Position numbers and translations under genes: made by a program
Notes under the pieces: model-generated
Told to the model about the DNA's origin: nothing
Seen by the model: only the letters and a program-made list of their open reading frames with translations
Databases searched by the model: none
Source: Candidatus Binatia bacterium
GTDB lineage: Bacteria; Desulfobacterota; Binatia; UBA9968
DNA: 50,737 nucleotides
NCBI GenBank assembly: GCA_036407055.1
Contig: DASWZY010000062.1
Span: forward strand, 1-50,737
Reading direction: 5' to 3'
Part shown: one piece after another, positions 8,637 to 17,704 of the stretch
Numbering within the stretch: the stretch's first letter is position 1
Layout of the letters: every line of letters begins with the position of its first letter

Positions 8637-9545
8637 CTAACGCCCGAGCGCATGCCGCAACGTTTTCGATAAAAGACAATCCTTCTCAAACACCTCTTTT
8701 TCCGACAGCGCCCTGTACCATTCCGGCGTCCAGGAGTCGTGCAGCCCGATCACGCATTGCTTCGGACTGAAAACATATCGGACGTCGAGCTTCTCCTCGA
8801 ACCAAAACTTTCGATAGTCCGCGATGTGATCGGCGCCGCTCGTGCCGTAATGCGCGAGCTCGGCCATGAAGCCGTACTGCTTGCGATCGAGCATCGTGAG
8901 ATACTTTCGATAAACGGTCCTAAAGAAGAGACCCTTGCGCCGCGCCCATACAGGCTCGACCAGACGGCGCCACGCTCCGCGCGCAGCGCGCGGCCAATTC
9001 TCCTCCTGTTTTCGCAGGCGCTGGTAAATTCGGCCGGCGATGGAAGCATCCGCCATATCCTCCATCACCTCCGCCAGGGGCCCGTTACCGAGATAATTGA
9101 AGTCCGGCGCGCCGGCGCCGCTTTCGCTGAGACGGAGTAGTCTCTCCTGCACATGGCGCTTCCATCGACATGGTACGCGCGCGCCGCGCCGCGCGGCGGC
9201 AAAACCGATATGGACGTCGAAGAGAACCATTTCAGCGCGGCTGAGATTGGCGAGGACCGGCGCGATGTCGCGGGTCACGATCGTATCGATGTCCATGAAG
9301 ACGCCGCCGTGCTCGCACAAGACGGCCGCGAGCAGCGCGTCCTTTTGCAAGGCGAACGGAAGCCGCTTCAGGACAGCTAAGTCATATGTCGTTGACGGCA
9401 GGTATCCTTCGAGGTTCGCGTAATTTAACACGACGATCTCGTAGCCGCCGAGATTCCGCTTCCACGTCTCCATGCAGAGCCGTAGATACGCCGGCATCGA
9501 TCCCGGGGGCTCCCAGAAGCAGAATATTCTTTTTTCGTTCGCCAC
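8637..9545 (-). CDS. Capsular-polysaccharide-synthesis-type glycosyltransferase (Caps_synth / DXD-containing)
   Basis: The N-terminus KRIFCFWEPPGSMPAYLRLCMETWKRNL and the FMDIDT (DXD) motif fit this family. Size is 302 aa. Confidence 0.65.
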   Translation of the reverse strand: MANEKRIFCFWEPPGSMPAYLRLCMETWKRNLGGYEIVVLNYANLEGYLPSTTYDLAVLKRLPFALQKDALLAAVLCEHGGVFMDIDTIVTRDIAPVLANLSRAEMVLFDVHIGFAAARRGARVPCRWKRHVQERLLRLSESGAGAPDFNYLGNGPLAEVMEDMADASIAGRIYQRLRKQEENWPRAARGAWRRLVEPVWARRKGLFFRTVYRKYLTMLDRKQYGFMAELAHYGTSGADHIADYRKFWFEEKLDVRYVFSPKQCVIGLHDSWTPEWYRALSEKEVFEKDCLLSKTLRHALGR

Positions 9546-9638
9546 GTCGCTCAGCAGCGCATACTATCATCACGCTCAGCCCGCAAGCTTGACCGCGCGT
9601 CAGCCTCGTGCGGTTGACCCCTATTAGGGCAAAAGATA

Positions 9639-10121
9639 TTGTCGATTTACATGAAGCGGACGATCAGCGTGACGATCAACGGGCGGCGGTACGAGGAGGA
9701 CGTCGAGCCGCGCCAGCTTCTCCCCCATTTTCTCCGCGAGCAGATCGGTCTCACCGGCACGCACGTCGGCTGTGTCATCGGCGAGTGCGGCGCCTGCACG
9801 CTGCTGCTCGACGGCAAGCTCGTGAAGTCATGCCTGCTGTTCGCCGTTCAGGCGGACGGCAAGGAGATCACGACGATCGAAGGGCTCGCAAAGAACGGCG
9901 CGCTACATCCCGTTCAGGAAGCGTTCGTCGAGAAGTACGGCTTTCAGTGCGGCTATTGCACGCCGGGCATGATCATGGCCGCGCACGCACTAATACAAGA
10001 AAATGCCGATCCAAGCGAAGAAGATATTCGCCGCGGTCTCTCAGGAAATCTCTGCATGTGCACGGGCTACGCGCAAATCATAGACTCAGTGAAAGAAGCG
10101 GCCAAGAAAATAAAATCGTAA
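9639..10121 (+). CDS. (2Fe-2S)-binding small subunit of a second molybdenum hydroxylase
   Basis: Motifs GCVIGECGACTL, CGYCTPG and CMCTGY are present. It is a paralogue of 1407..1955. Confidence 0.9.
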   Translation: MSIYMKRTISVTINGRRYEEDVEPRQLLPHFLREQIGLTGTHVGCVIGECGACTLLLDGKLVKSCLLFAVQADGKEITTIEGLAKNGALHPVQEAFVEKYGFQCGYCTPGMIMAAHALIQENADPSEEDIRRGLSGNLCMCTGYAQIIDSVKEAAKKIKS

Positions 10122-10126
10122 AAGCA

Positions 10127-12538
10127 ATGTCCGACAAGTTTATCGGCAAAGCGATCCGCAGCAAGGAAGGGCCGCGGCACGCAACCGGCGGCGGTCACTT
10201 CACGGACGATATCGTCCTGCCGGGCATGCTGCAGGCGATGATCCTCCGCAGCCCGCACGCGCACGCGCGCATCCTGGGCGGAGACGCGCGGGAGGCGCTG
10301 GCGCTGCCCGGCGTCATGGCCGCGGTGGTACCGTCGGACGTCGTCAAACATACGAAACCGTTTAAGCCGGGGCGCTACGCCGCGGGTCTCAGAAAGCCGA
10401 TCGCGGAATACGCGACGGCGGTCGAAAAGGCACGCTACATGGGCGAGCCTGTCGCGGCCGTCGCGGCCCGCGACCGCGGCACCGCCGAGGACGCGCTGGA
10501 ATTGATCACGATCGATTACGACGCGCTTCCCGCCGTCGTCGAGACCGCCGACGCGATGAAGCCGTCCTCGGCGCTGCTCTACGAAGAGCTGGAATCGAAT
10601 ATCGCCTGGAAAGGCAGCCTGACCTACGGCGACATCGACGGCGCATTCAAGTCGGCGGACAAAATCGTCAAGGAGCATTTGAAAATCCACCGCTACAGCT
10701 CGACACCGCTCGAGCCCTTCGCGATCATCGCCGACTACGACGCCGCGAGCCGCAAGCTCACCGTATGGGTCAACGCGCAGGTGCCGGAGGTGATCTACGA
10801 CGCGCTGCGCGAAGCGCTCGAGCTCGAAGACATACGCGTCATCATCCCCGATATCGGGGGCGGCTTCGGCCAGAAAATCCATTTGATCCGCAAGTACGTC
10901 GTGATCGTCAGCCTGCTCGCGATTCAAAGCGGGCGTCCGGTCAAGTGGATCGAGGATCGCAGTGAGCACATGATGGCCGGCGGCCATTCGTGCGCGCAGG
11001 AATTCGAGGTCGAAGCGGCGGTCAAGAAAGACGGCACGGTCCTCGGCCTCAGGTTCAAGGAGATCGACGACGTCGGCGGCACCACCAGCACGCTGACGAT
11101 CCACTTCACCAACAAGCTCAACAACCTCGCGAACACTTACAAAGTTCAAAACATCGCGCTCGAAGGCTGGTCGGTCCTCACCAACAAGTGTCCGGTGATT
11201 CCCAACCGCGGCATCGGCAAGCCCGGCATGTGCTACATCTGGGAGCGGACGATGGACCGCATCGCCGAGGAATTGGGCATGAGCCCGATCGACGTGCGGC
11301 GCGTCAATCTGATTCAACCCGAGCAGATGCCGTACACGACGCCGAGCGGCAACGTGTACGACAGCGGCGATTATCCCGGTCTGCTCGAAACCGCGCTGGA
11401 GAAGATCGGCTACGACAAGCTGCGCGAGGAGCAGAAGCGTGCGCGCGAAAACGGGCGGCTGCTCGGCTTGAGCGTCGTGATCGGCGTCGAGCCCGGCGGG
11501 CGCAACGCCGCGCGCGACATCGCGATCTTTCCCGAGATGAAAGAAAGCCCCGGATCGGGCGGCGTCAACGGCGCGACGATCAAGCTCGAGAAAAACGGCA
11601 CGATCGCGCTTTACCTCGGCTCGCCCAACTGCGGCCAATCGCACGAGACGACGACGAGCCAGGTCGCCGCCGACGTGCTCGGCATTCCGCCGGAAAAGAT
11701 CAGCATCTCGACGCCGTTCGACAGCGACTTGGCGCCGTGGGGCGTCTCGGCGGCCAACAGCGGCAACAATTTCCATCTCTACGATATCGGCGCGGTGCAC
11801 GGCGCGGCGACGAAGCTGAAGGAAAAGATTCTCGCGATCGCCGCGCACGTCCTGCGCGCGAATCCGGCCGATTTGAAGATCGAGGACGGCGCGGTGCATG
11901 CGTCCGGATCGCCGATGAAAAAACTCACGCTCGCCGAGCTGGGTAAGATCGTATACGGCAACCAGGCGCTGCTGCCGAAGGGAGCCGAGGCGGGATTGCA
12001 GGCGACTTTCTACTATACGTTTCCGCACGCCGAGCCGAACATGGTACCCGGCCCCGACCGCAAGGTGCGCGCGCAGTTCACGTTCTCCGCCGCCGCGCAC
12101 GCCGCGGTCGTCGAGGTCGACCGGGAAACGGGCAAAGTCCACGTGCTGCGCTATCTCATCGTCGGCGACAACGGCACGATCATCCATCCGAATGTCGTCA
12201 ACGGCCAAATCTACGGCTCCGCCGCCCACGGCATTTCCGTCGCGCTCGGAGAGGGCTTCGTCTACAACCCCGACGGGCAGCTGCTGACGCTGACATTCAC
12301 GGATTACGGCAAGTCCTCGACCGAAGAGACGCCCAAGGTCGAGATCATTCACAAACCTTCGCCTTCACCGTTTACGACGCTCGGGCAGAAAGCCGCCGGG
12401 GAAGGAGCCGCGATCCCCTCCCCCGCGGCGATCGCCGCGGCGGTGGAAGACGCGCTCAAGCCGCTCGCCGTCAAAGTGCGCGACCTGCCGCTCTCGCCGG
12501 AGCGCGTCTGGAATCTGATCCAGGAGGCGCGGCGATGA
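10127..12538 (+). CDS. Molybdopterin-binding large subunit, xanthine dehydrogenase family (second copy)
   Basis: The family-typical N-terminus MSDKFIGKAIRSKEGPRHATGGGHFTDD begins at ATG 10127. The 976-aa ORF in the track includes a spurious Arg-rich upstream extension that overlaps the small-subunit gene. The DIGGGFGQK motif is present. Confidence 0.85.
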   Translation: MSDKFIGKAIRSKEGPRHATGGGHFTDDIVLPGMLQAMILRSPHAHARILGGDAREALALPGVMAAVVPSDVVKHTKPFKPGRYAAGLRKPIAEYATAVEKARYMGEPVAAVAARDRGTAEDALELITIDYDALPAVVETADAMKPSSALLYEELESNIAWKGSLTYGDIDGAFKSADKIVKEHLKIHRYSSTPLEPFAIIADYDAASRKLTVWVNAQVPEVIYDALREALELEDIRVIIPDIGGGFGQKIHLIRKYVVIVSLLAIQSGRPVKWIEDRSEHMMAGGHSCAQEFEVEAAVKKDGTVLGLRFKEIDDVGGTTSTLTIHFTNKLNNLANTYKVQNIALEGWSVLTNKCPVIPNRGIGKPGMCYIWERTMDRIAEELGMSPIDVRRVNLIQPEQMPYTTPSGNVYDSGDYPGLLETALEKIGYDKLREEQKRARENGRLLGLSVVIGVEPGGRNAARDIAIFPEMKESPGSGGVNGATIKLEKNGTIALYLGSPNCGQSHETTTSQVAADVLGIPPEKISISTPFDSDLAPWGVSAANSGNNFHLYDIGAVHGAATKLKEKILAIAAHVLRANPADLKIEDGAVHASGSPMKKLTLAELGKIVYGNQALLPKGAEAGLQATFYYTFPHAEPNMVPGPDRKVRAQFTFSAAAHAAVVEVDRETGKVHVLRYLIVGDNGTIIHPNVVNGQIYGSAAHGISVALGEGFVYNPDGQLLTLTFTDYGKSSTEETPKVEIIHKPSPSPFTTLGQKAAGEGAAIPSPAAIAAAVEDALKPLAVKVRDLPLSPERVWNLIQEARR

Positions 12539-13392
12539 TTCCCGCTGGCTTCGAATATTTTACGCCTTCGTCGGTGAAAGAAGCCGTCGAGCTGCTGTCG
12601 AACTACAAGGACGACGTCAAGATTCTCGCCGGCGGGCAGAGTCTCGTGCCTCTGATGAAATTGCGTCTCGCGAAGCCGAAGTATGTGATCGATCTGAACC
12701 GCATCGGCGATTTGAATTACATTCGCGAGGCGAACGGCGCTATTCACATCGGCGCGCTCGCGACGCACAGCGAGATCGAGCGCTCGGAACTTGTCCAGCG
12801 CGACTGCCGGCTGCTGGCGCAGACCGCCGCGACGATCGCCGACACGCAGGTTCGGAACCGCGGCACGCTCGGCGGCAGCCTGGCCCACGCCGATCCCGCC
12901 GGCGACATGCCGGCGGCGATCTTCGCGCTCGACGCCGAGATGAAGGCGAGCGGCCCGTCGGGCGAGCGCTGGATCAAAGCCGAGGACTTCTTCGTCGGCT
13001 TTCTAACCAGCGCGCTCGAAGCTGACGAAATTTTGACGGAGATCAAGCTGCCGGTCACGCGCGGCGAGAAAAGCGCCTATTTGAAGGCGGCGCAGCGCGC
13101 CTCGGGCTTCGCCGTCGTCGGCGTCGCGGTGCGATTGAGACTCGGCGCGAACGCGAATTGCGAAGACATCGCCGTCGGCGTCACGGGCGTTACGGATAAA
13201 GCGTACCGGGCGAAGAATGTCGAGCAGGTTTTGAAAGGCGCGCGGCTGGAAGACGATCCGATCGAGCGCGCGGCGAATCGCGTCGGCGACGGCATCGACC
13301 CGCTGGAAGACATCAACGGTTCGAAAGATTACCGCACGCACCTGGCGAGGGTTTATACGGCGCGCGCGATCAAGGCGGCTATCTCATCGTAG
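12535..13392 (+). CDS. FAD-binding medium subunit (CoxM-like), second copy
   Basis: The motifs AGGQSLVPLMKLRLA and GTLGGSLAHADP are present. There is a 4-nt start/stop overlap with the large-subunit gene. Confidence 0.85.
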   Translation: MIPAGFEYFTPSSVKEAVELLSNYKDDVKILAGGQSLVPLMKLRLAKPKYVIDLNRIGDLNYIREANGAIHIGALATHSEIERSELVQRDCRLLAQTAATIADTQVRNRGTLGGSLAHADPAGDMPAAIFALDAEMKASGPSGERWIKAEDFFVGFLTSALEADEILTEIKLPVTRGEKSAYLKAAQRASGFAVVGVAVRLRLGANANCEDIAVGVTGVTDKAYRAKNVEQVLKGARLEDDPIERAANRVGDGIDPLEDINGSKDYRTHLARVYTARAIKAAISS

Positions 13393-13413
13393 GGCGGTTC
13401 GCGAACCGCCCTA
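13390..13413. terminator. Perfect 24-nt palindrome between convergent genes (putative bidirectional terminator hairpin)
   Basis: TAGGGCGGTTCGCGAACCGCCCTA is self-complementary. It sits between the stops at 13392 (+) and 13419 (-). No clear U-tract is present. Confidence 0.45.
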
Positions 13414-13418
13414 CTTCG

Positions 13419-14879
13419 CTACGACTGTTCCTTCCCCAACGTCACAGCGAATCCTTCCTTCTCGACCCGCACATAGCTGAGGTCGCTGCGCGACGACAGC
13501 TCCTGCACGAGCTTCGTGAGCGGCTGATTGGCGTCGAGCGTCGCCCGCGGCGCGCCCTTCTTCATGACCTCGTCCGCGGCGTCGGGACCGGCATAAAAGC
13601 GGAGAATGAGCTGTTCGTCAGAAACGCCCGGACCGCCGAACTTCTCGCGCACCTCTTTGAGCGACGGGTCGGGTGGGGTCCAATTCTGCCATTTCTTCGC
13701 GCGCGGCCGGTTCAATATCTTATCCTTTACTTGAGGATCCATCAGCTCGGCGCCCTCTCTGCCCCAGATGCCTAGCGCGTACTGGATCGTCTGGTCCGTC
13801 ACCTCGCGGTAGCGCTCACTGGTGATGACGTTGATCGCGGCCTGAGAGCCCACGAACTGCGACAGCGGCGTTACCATGATCGGATAGCCGAATTCTCTGC
13901 GCACAAGCGCCGCCTCCTCCAGCGTCGCCTCGATCTTGTCGTCCATACCGACTAACTTCAACTGATGCTTTAAGTTCGATATCATGCCGCCGGGCACCTG
14001 GTGGCGATAGAGATTCTCGTCGTAATCGACCGGCTTGCCGATCGGCAGGCCGTCCCTTTGGGCGACCGCCGTGAAATGCTCGGTCACCGGGCCGATCTCC
14101 TCCTCGTTGATCAGCGGCGTGTGCCCCAGCGCGCGGGCGTTTTTGGCGACGTTCAGGATCGACGGCTGCGCCGAGCCATTCGCCAGCGGCGGAATGCCCG
14201 TGTGCAGGGTCGTGAGGCCGAGCTTGATCGCCTCCATGTAATTCAGCGGCGCGAGGCTGTTGTTGCAGTGCGCATGGAATTCGAGCGGCACGTCGCCGAC
14301 GTTTTTCTGCACGATGGGGATGAGCGTGCGCGCGCGCTCCGGCGTGAGCAGGCCGCCGACATCCTTGAAGCAGACGCGGAAGGGCTTCATCGCCGCGGCC
14401 TGCCGCGCGCGTTCGGCATAATATTCGTCTGTGTGGCGCGGCGAGACGGAATAAATCAGGTTCGCCACGCAGTCGATGCCCAGCTCGCGCATCGCGTCGA
14501 CCTCGTGCTTGAACAGCGAATAATCGTTCCAGCAGTTCGACGTGCGCGTTAGCGTGATGCCGTAGGAGAGCACGCGCTCCATCAGCAGGCGCATGATGCA
14601 GGTCGGGATCTTCTCGAAGCCGCCGTGCATGCCGCCGTGGTAGCGGAGCCGCGTGCGCTTGAAGAGCTTGGTGCCCTGGCGCAGCCACTCCCAGGCGTTC
14701 TCCTTGTGCTCACGCGCGTACTTCTTGAACATCATCGACAGGAAAAATTCCATCGACTCGTAGCCGCACTTGTCCATCTGCTCGGCGATGCCGAGCATCG
14801 CGCTCGTGCGCATGTTGAGCGCCCACAGGCTTTGCTGGCCGTCGCGCAGCGTGGTGTCGATAAAATGAATTTCGCTCAT
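13419..14879 (-). CDS. Pyruvate carboxyltransferase-domain protein (oxaloacetate decarboxylase alpha / transcarboxylase 5S-like), no biotinyl domain seen
   Basis: The N-terminus IHFIDTTLRDGQQSL is the HMGL-like/carboxyltransferase signature. The protein is 486 aa. No AMKM biotin attachment motif occurs at the C-terminus. Confidence 0.75.
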   Translation of the reverse strand: MSEIHFIDTTLRDGQQSLWALNMRTSAMLGIAEQMDKCGYESMEFFLSMMFKKYAREHKENAWEWLRQGTKLFKRTRLRYHGGMHGGFEKIPTCIMRLLMERVLSYGITLTRTSNCWNDYSLFKHEVDAMRELGIDCVANLIYSVSPRHTDEYYAERARQAAAMKPFRVCFKDVGGLLTPERARTLIPIVQKNVGDVPLEFHAHCNNSLAPLNYMEAIKLGLTTLHTGIPPLANGSAQPSILNVAKNARALGHTPLINEEEIGPVTEHFTAVAQRDGLPIGKPVDYDENLYRHQVPGGMISNLKHQLKLVGMDDKIEATLEEAALVRREFGYPIMVTPLSQFVGSQAAINVITSERYREVTDQTIQYALGIWGREGAELMDPQVKDKILNRPRAKKWQNWTPPDPSLKEVREKFGGPGVSDEQLILRFYAGPDAADEVMKKGAPRATLDANQPLTKLVQELSSRSDLSYVRVEKEGFAVTLGKEQS

Positions 14880-14956
14880 ACTAATCGAATATAAGAGCGC
14901 TCCGCCGAAGGCAAGCGAGCTTGCTTGGAGCGGATACGGATGTTATCCGTAAAAAG

Positions 14957-15562
14957 ATGCTACGACGATCAGTGATCCATCCCTGTCAATATATTTGTAT
15001 GCTGCTCGCAGCCGTTTTGCTCGCCGGCGCGGCCGCGACCGATTTAGGTCCGAAGGACGGCGCCGGACTGCCTCCGACTGACATCGAGCGCGTGAAAGTC
15101 GGCGATCAGGCGCCCGATTTCACTCTCGAGAATATGGACACGCGGCGCATCACGCTAAGCTCCTACCGCGGCAAGAAAAACGTCGTCCTGGTGTTTTACC
15201 GCGGCTACTGGTGAACCTACTGCACGCTTCAGCTCGGGAAGCTGAAAACACTCTTCACGCCGCAGGAGAAAAAGCAAACGGAGATTCTCGCCGTCAGCAT
15301 CGACACGCACGCGGAATCGAAAAAATTCGTGCAGAGGATCAAGGCGTTTCCGGGCGAGTTCGACTTCCCCCTGCTCGAAGACAAGAATCATAAGGTCATC
15401 GACCGCTACGGCCTGCTCAACCCCGAGGGCCAGGGCTGGCCGCATCCCGGCACTTTCGTGATCGACAAGCAGGGGGTCGTGCGCTGGAGCTTCATCGAGA
15501 CCGATTATACCAAGCGGCCTTCTAACGAGCAGATCCTCAAAGAAGTCCGCGCGCTGTCATAG
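14957..15562 (+). CDS. Secreted AhpC/TSA (redoxin) family protein with predicted selenocysteine (W-U-T-Y-C), in-frame TGA at 15212-15214
   Basis: ORFs 14921..15214 and 15329..15562 are in the same frame, and the only stop between them is this TGA. Read-through gives VLVFYRGYW-U-TYCTLQLGKL..., the thioredoxin-fold W-C-x-x-C position. A hairpin TTCAGCT-CGGGA-AGCTGAA lies at 15228-15246, 13 nt after the TGA. The start could be 14957 or 14999. A hydrophobic signal-like N-terminus is present. Confidence 0.65.
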
Positions 15563-15615
15563 CGCCGCTGCTGACATCATCTCTCTCGGCTGGAGAAACT
15601 CACGCAAGAAAAAAA

Positions 15616-15643
15616 AGAGGCCCCCGCTTGCGCGGAGGCCTCT
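15616..15643. terminator. Stem-loop terminator between convergent genes
   Basis: AGAGGCC-C-CCGC TTGC GCGG-A-GGCCTCT forms a stem of 7+4 bp with a tetraloop. It is preceded by an A8 run, which is the U-tract for the minus-strand transcript of 15670..16764. Confidence 0.55.
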
Positions 15644-15669
15644 CTGTATTAGCAGCGCGCGTGTCGCCT

Positions 15670-16764
15670 TTACACCGTGAGCTCTGTCGAGGTCATCGTG
15701 TAGCGGAACGATTCCGGCTCGAGGCTGTCTTTCTTGCCGTCGGCGGTCTCGGCCTGCGGGTACATGAAGTAAATGATCGGCTTCGACGCCGAATTGGGCA
15801 ATTTCACATCGTGATCGTAGTTGAACGCGAGCCAGTTCATCTCCCATGCGCCGAAGAGCTTCGCGCGCGCCTTCTTGACCTGCGGGTCAGTCAGCGGCAA
15901 TCCTTCCGGTCTCTCTTCGAGAACAACTTTACGCACGTCCGCGGGATCGACCGGTACCCAGCCGTAGTTGTTCAAATAAACCTCGGCGCGGCAGTGCTGC
16001 GCCTTGGTGATGTCGCCGGCTTTGCCCAAGCTCTTGAAATCGGCGGAGTTGGCGACGCGGACGCCGTAGACGTCGCGCGCCGGCAATCCCGAGGCGCGCG
16101 CCATGCCGACGTACAAAGCGTTCAGATCGGCGCATTTGCCGCCAAGGTTGCGCGATTCGAGCATCGCCCGAATATCGCCAATGCCGCAGCCTTTGACTTT
16201 CGGATCGCGGAACGTGTTGTCGACGATCCATTCGTAAATCGCTTTTGCCTTATCCACGTCGCGTTTAGCGCCCAGAGTCGCCACGCGCGCCGTATCGGCG
16301 ACGATGCCGTCGGTCGGGATGAAGGTCGACGGCTGGAGATAGTATTTCAAGACTTCCGCATCTTCCTTCACGGCCTTGGGCTTCTTGAAATCGATCTGGC
16401 GATCCCGCGTCATGAAGCGGCTTGTAAGTTGGAGCACCGGAGCTTTTTCGCCGTCTTTCCATTCCGCATAGACGATTCCCGCGCCGTAATTCCCGTTGCG
16501 GAAATTCCCCATGTTGACGGCGTTGCCGGTCCAGTCGTCGCCGAGCCGCTTGAAATAATCGGTGTCGGTCAAAAGCGGCACTGGAAGCCACGTTTTCGAA
16601 GCGCCTTTCGGTTCGAGGACTTCGACCTTGGTCGTCACCTCGAACGTGCGCCATTTGGAATTTTCGGTGGACGCTTCGGCCGGCTTCGGCGCGGGCAAGC
16701 GGCTCGCGACCAAAAGACCCGTGGACACCGTTAAGCTTTGCTTTAGAAAGCTCCGACGATTCAT
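15670..16764 (-). CDS. Transglutaminase-like cysteine protease superfamily protein with Tat signal
   Basis: The N-terminal MNRRSFLKQ is a twin-arginine motif. The candidate core triad comprises GGKCADL, HCRAEVY and VPVDPAD. Confidence 0.75.
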   Translation of the reverse strand: MNRRSFLKQSLTVSTGLLVASRLPAPKPAEASTENSKWRTFEVTTKVEVLEPKGASKTWLPVPLLTDTDYFKRLGDDWTGNAVNMGNFRNGNYGAGIVYAEWKDGEKAPVLQLTSRFMTRDRQIDFKKPKAVKEDAEVLKYYLQPSTFIPTDGIVADTARVATLGAKRDVDKAKAIYEWIVDNTFRDPKVKGCGIGDIRAMLESRNLGGKCADLNALYVGMARASGLPARDVYGVRVANSADFKSLGKAGDITKAQHCRAEVYLNNYGWVPVDPADVRKVVLEERPEGLPLTDPQVKKARAKLFGAWEMNWLAFNYDHDVKLPNSASKPIIYFMYPQAETADGKKDSLEPESFRYTMTSTELTV

Positions 16765-16886
16765 AAACCCTCCAGTGGTATTAGCGATGGACTCCAGCCG
16801 ATCGCTTCATTGTTTGGGAAGATATTAATTCTTATACAGTTCGCGCTTATCAAGTCAAACCGGCCGATAGGCCGTATCACAAATGT

Positions 16887-17681
16887 CTATAAGCTCACGT
16901 CCACGGCCAATTCCGCCATCTCGCGGATCGCGTTGTAATCGCCGTCCAATACGGCGGCGAAGCGGGTAAGTCTACCGCGCGCCAGGATCGCTTGTCCTTC
17001 TTTCCTTTCGTGCATGGCGAGCAGCTCGGCGCGGATCGTTGCACGCGTCTCCGCCGGAACTTTCTTCGATATCGCCCATGGAGGTACGGGGCTGGGTCCG
17101 AGCGTGCCGACGACGCGAATTTTCCCGGCCAGTTGCGGCTTGTGCCCCAATTCCCATTCGAGAACCATGCTGTCGATGGCCGCGCCGTCGACGGTTCCGT
17201 CGAGCACCATACGAAGCGATCGGCTGTGCGCGCCGGATTCGACGACAGAGCCGAAGAAGCCGCGCGTCACACCGAGCGACGCGAGATGCCAGCGAACGAG
17301 ATTGTAGCCCGAATGGGACAGCGGCTCGTTATAAGTCCAGCGGCTGCGATGGAGATCGGCGAAAGAGTGAAACGCGCTGTCGCGGCAGACGACGATGTCC
17401 GAAAAATAGATCGGCCGGTCGCGGTAGCGCTCACCCGCAGGCAGCGGCGCCCCGAGCAGCTCGATGTCGGCGCGCCGGTCCGCCTTGAGGACGTACGGCC
17501 AGCCACACAGCCAGCAGATGTGAATCAGTCCGGCATCGAAAAGCCGCTCACGCTCCTGCCAGGATCCCTGGTCCACGAACGCGACGGGCGTGGAAAGCCG
17601 CGTCTCGAGATAGACTGCGGCGGCGCGACAGAAGTCGGCGGCGTTGTCCCCCATACAGGAGGACAGCTTGAGCGGATTCAT
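16887..17681 (-). CDS. PhnD/SsuA/transferrin-fold substrate-binding-like protein, no signal peptide apparent
   Basis: The family-like sequence starts at MNPLKLSS (ATG at 17681). The 134-aa upstream extension in the track overlaps the preceding gene and is Arg-rich shadow. The gap to the upstream gene's stop is 23 nt. Confidence 0.55.
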   Translation of the reverse strand: MNPLKLSSCMGDNAADFCRAAAVYLETRLSTPVAFVDQGSWQERERLFDAGLIHICWLCGWPYVLKADRRADIELLGAPLPAGERYRDRPIYFSDIVVCRDSAFHSFADLHRSRWTYNEPLSHSGYNLVRWHLASLGVTRGFFGSVVESGAHSRSLRMVLDGTVDGAAIDSMVLEWELGHKPQLAGKIRVVGTLGPSPVPPWAISKKVPAETRATIRAELLAMHERKEGQAILARGRLTRFAAVLDGDYNAIREMAELAVDVSL

Positions 17682-17704
17682 ATGCGCATCGACCCTGGCT
17701 TCAC

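Noticed and set aside
9608-10126. N-terminal 173-aa extension of the 976-aa ORF
   Set aside because: It overlaps the clearly real 2Fe-2S subunit gene in another frame and is Arg-rich. The family-typical N-terminus begins at ATG 10127.
1957-12538. Calling the large subunits aerobic CO dehydrogenase (CoxL)
   Set aside because: Neither protein shows the AYxCSFR (form I) or AYRGAGR (form II) active-site loop. Only the generic xanthine dehydrogenase family assignment is justified.
14921-15562. Interpreting the split redoxin and split peroxiredoxin (also 22115..22582) as pseudogenes
   Set aside because: In both cases the single in-frame stop is TGA at the redox-active Cys position, the rest of the frame is intact, and a hairpin follows at SECIS-compatible distance. 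Pseudogenisation remains possible if the genome lacks Sec machinery, which I cannot check.
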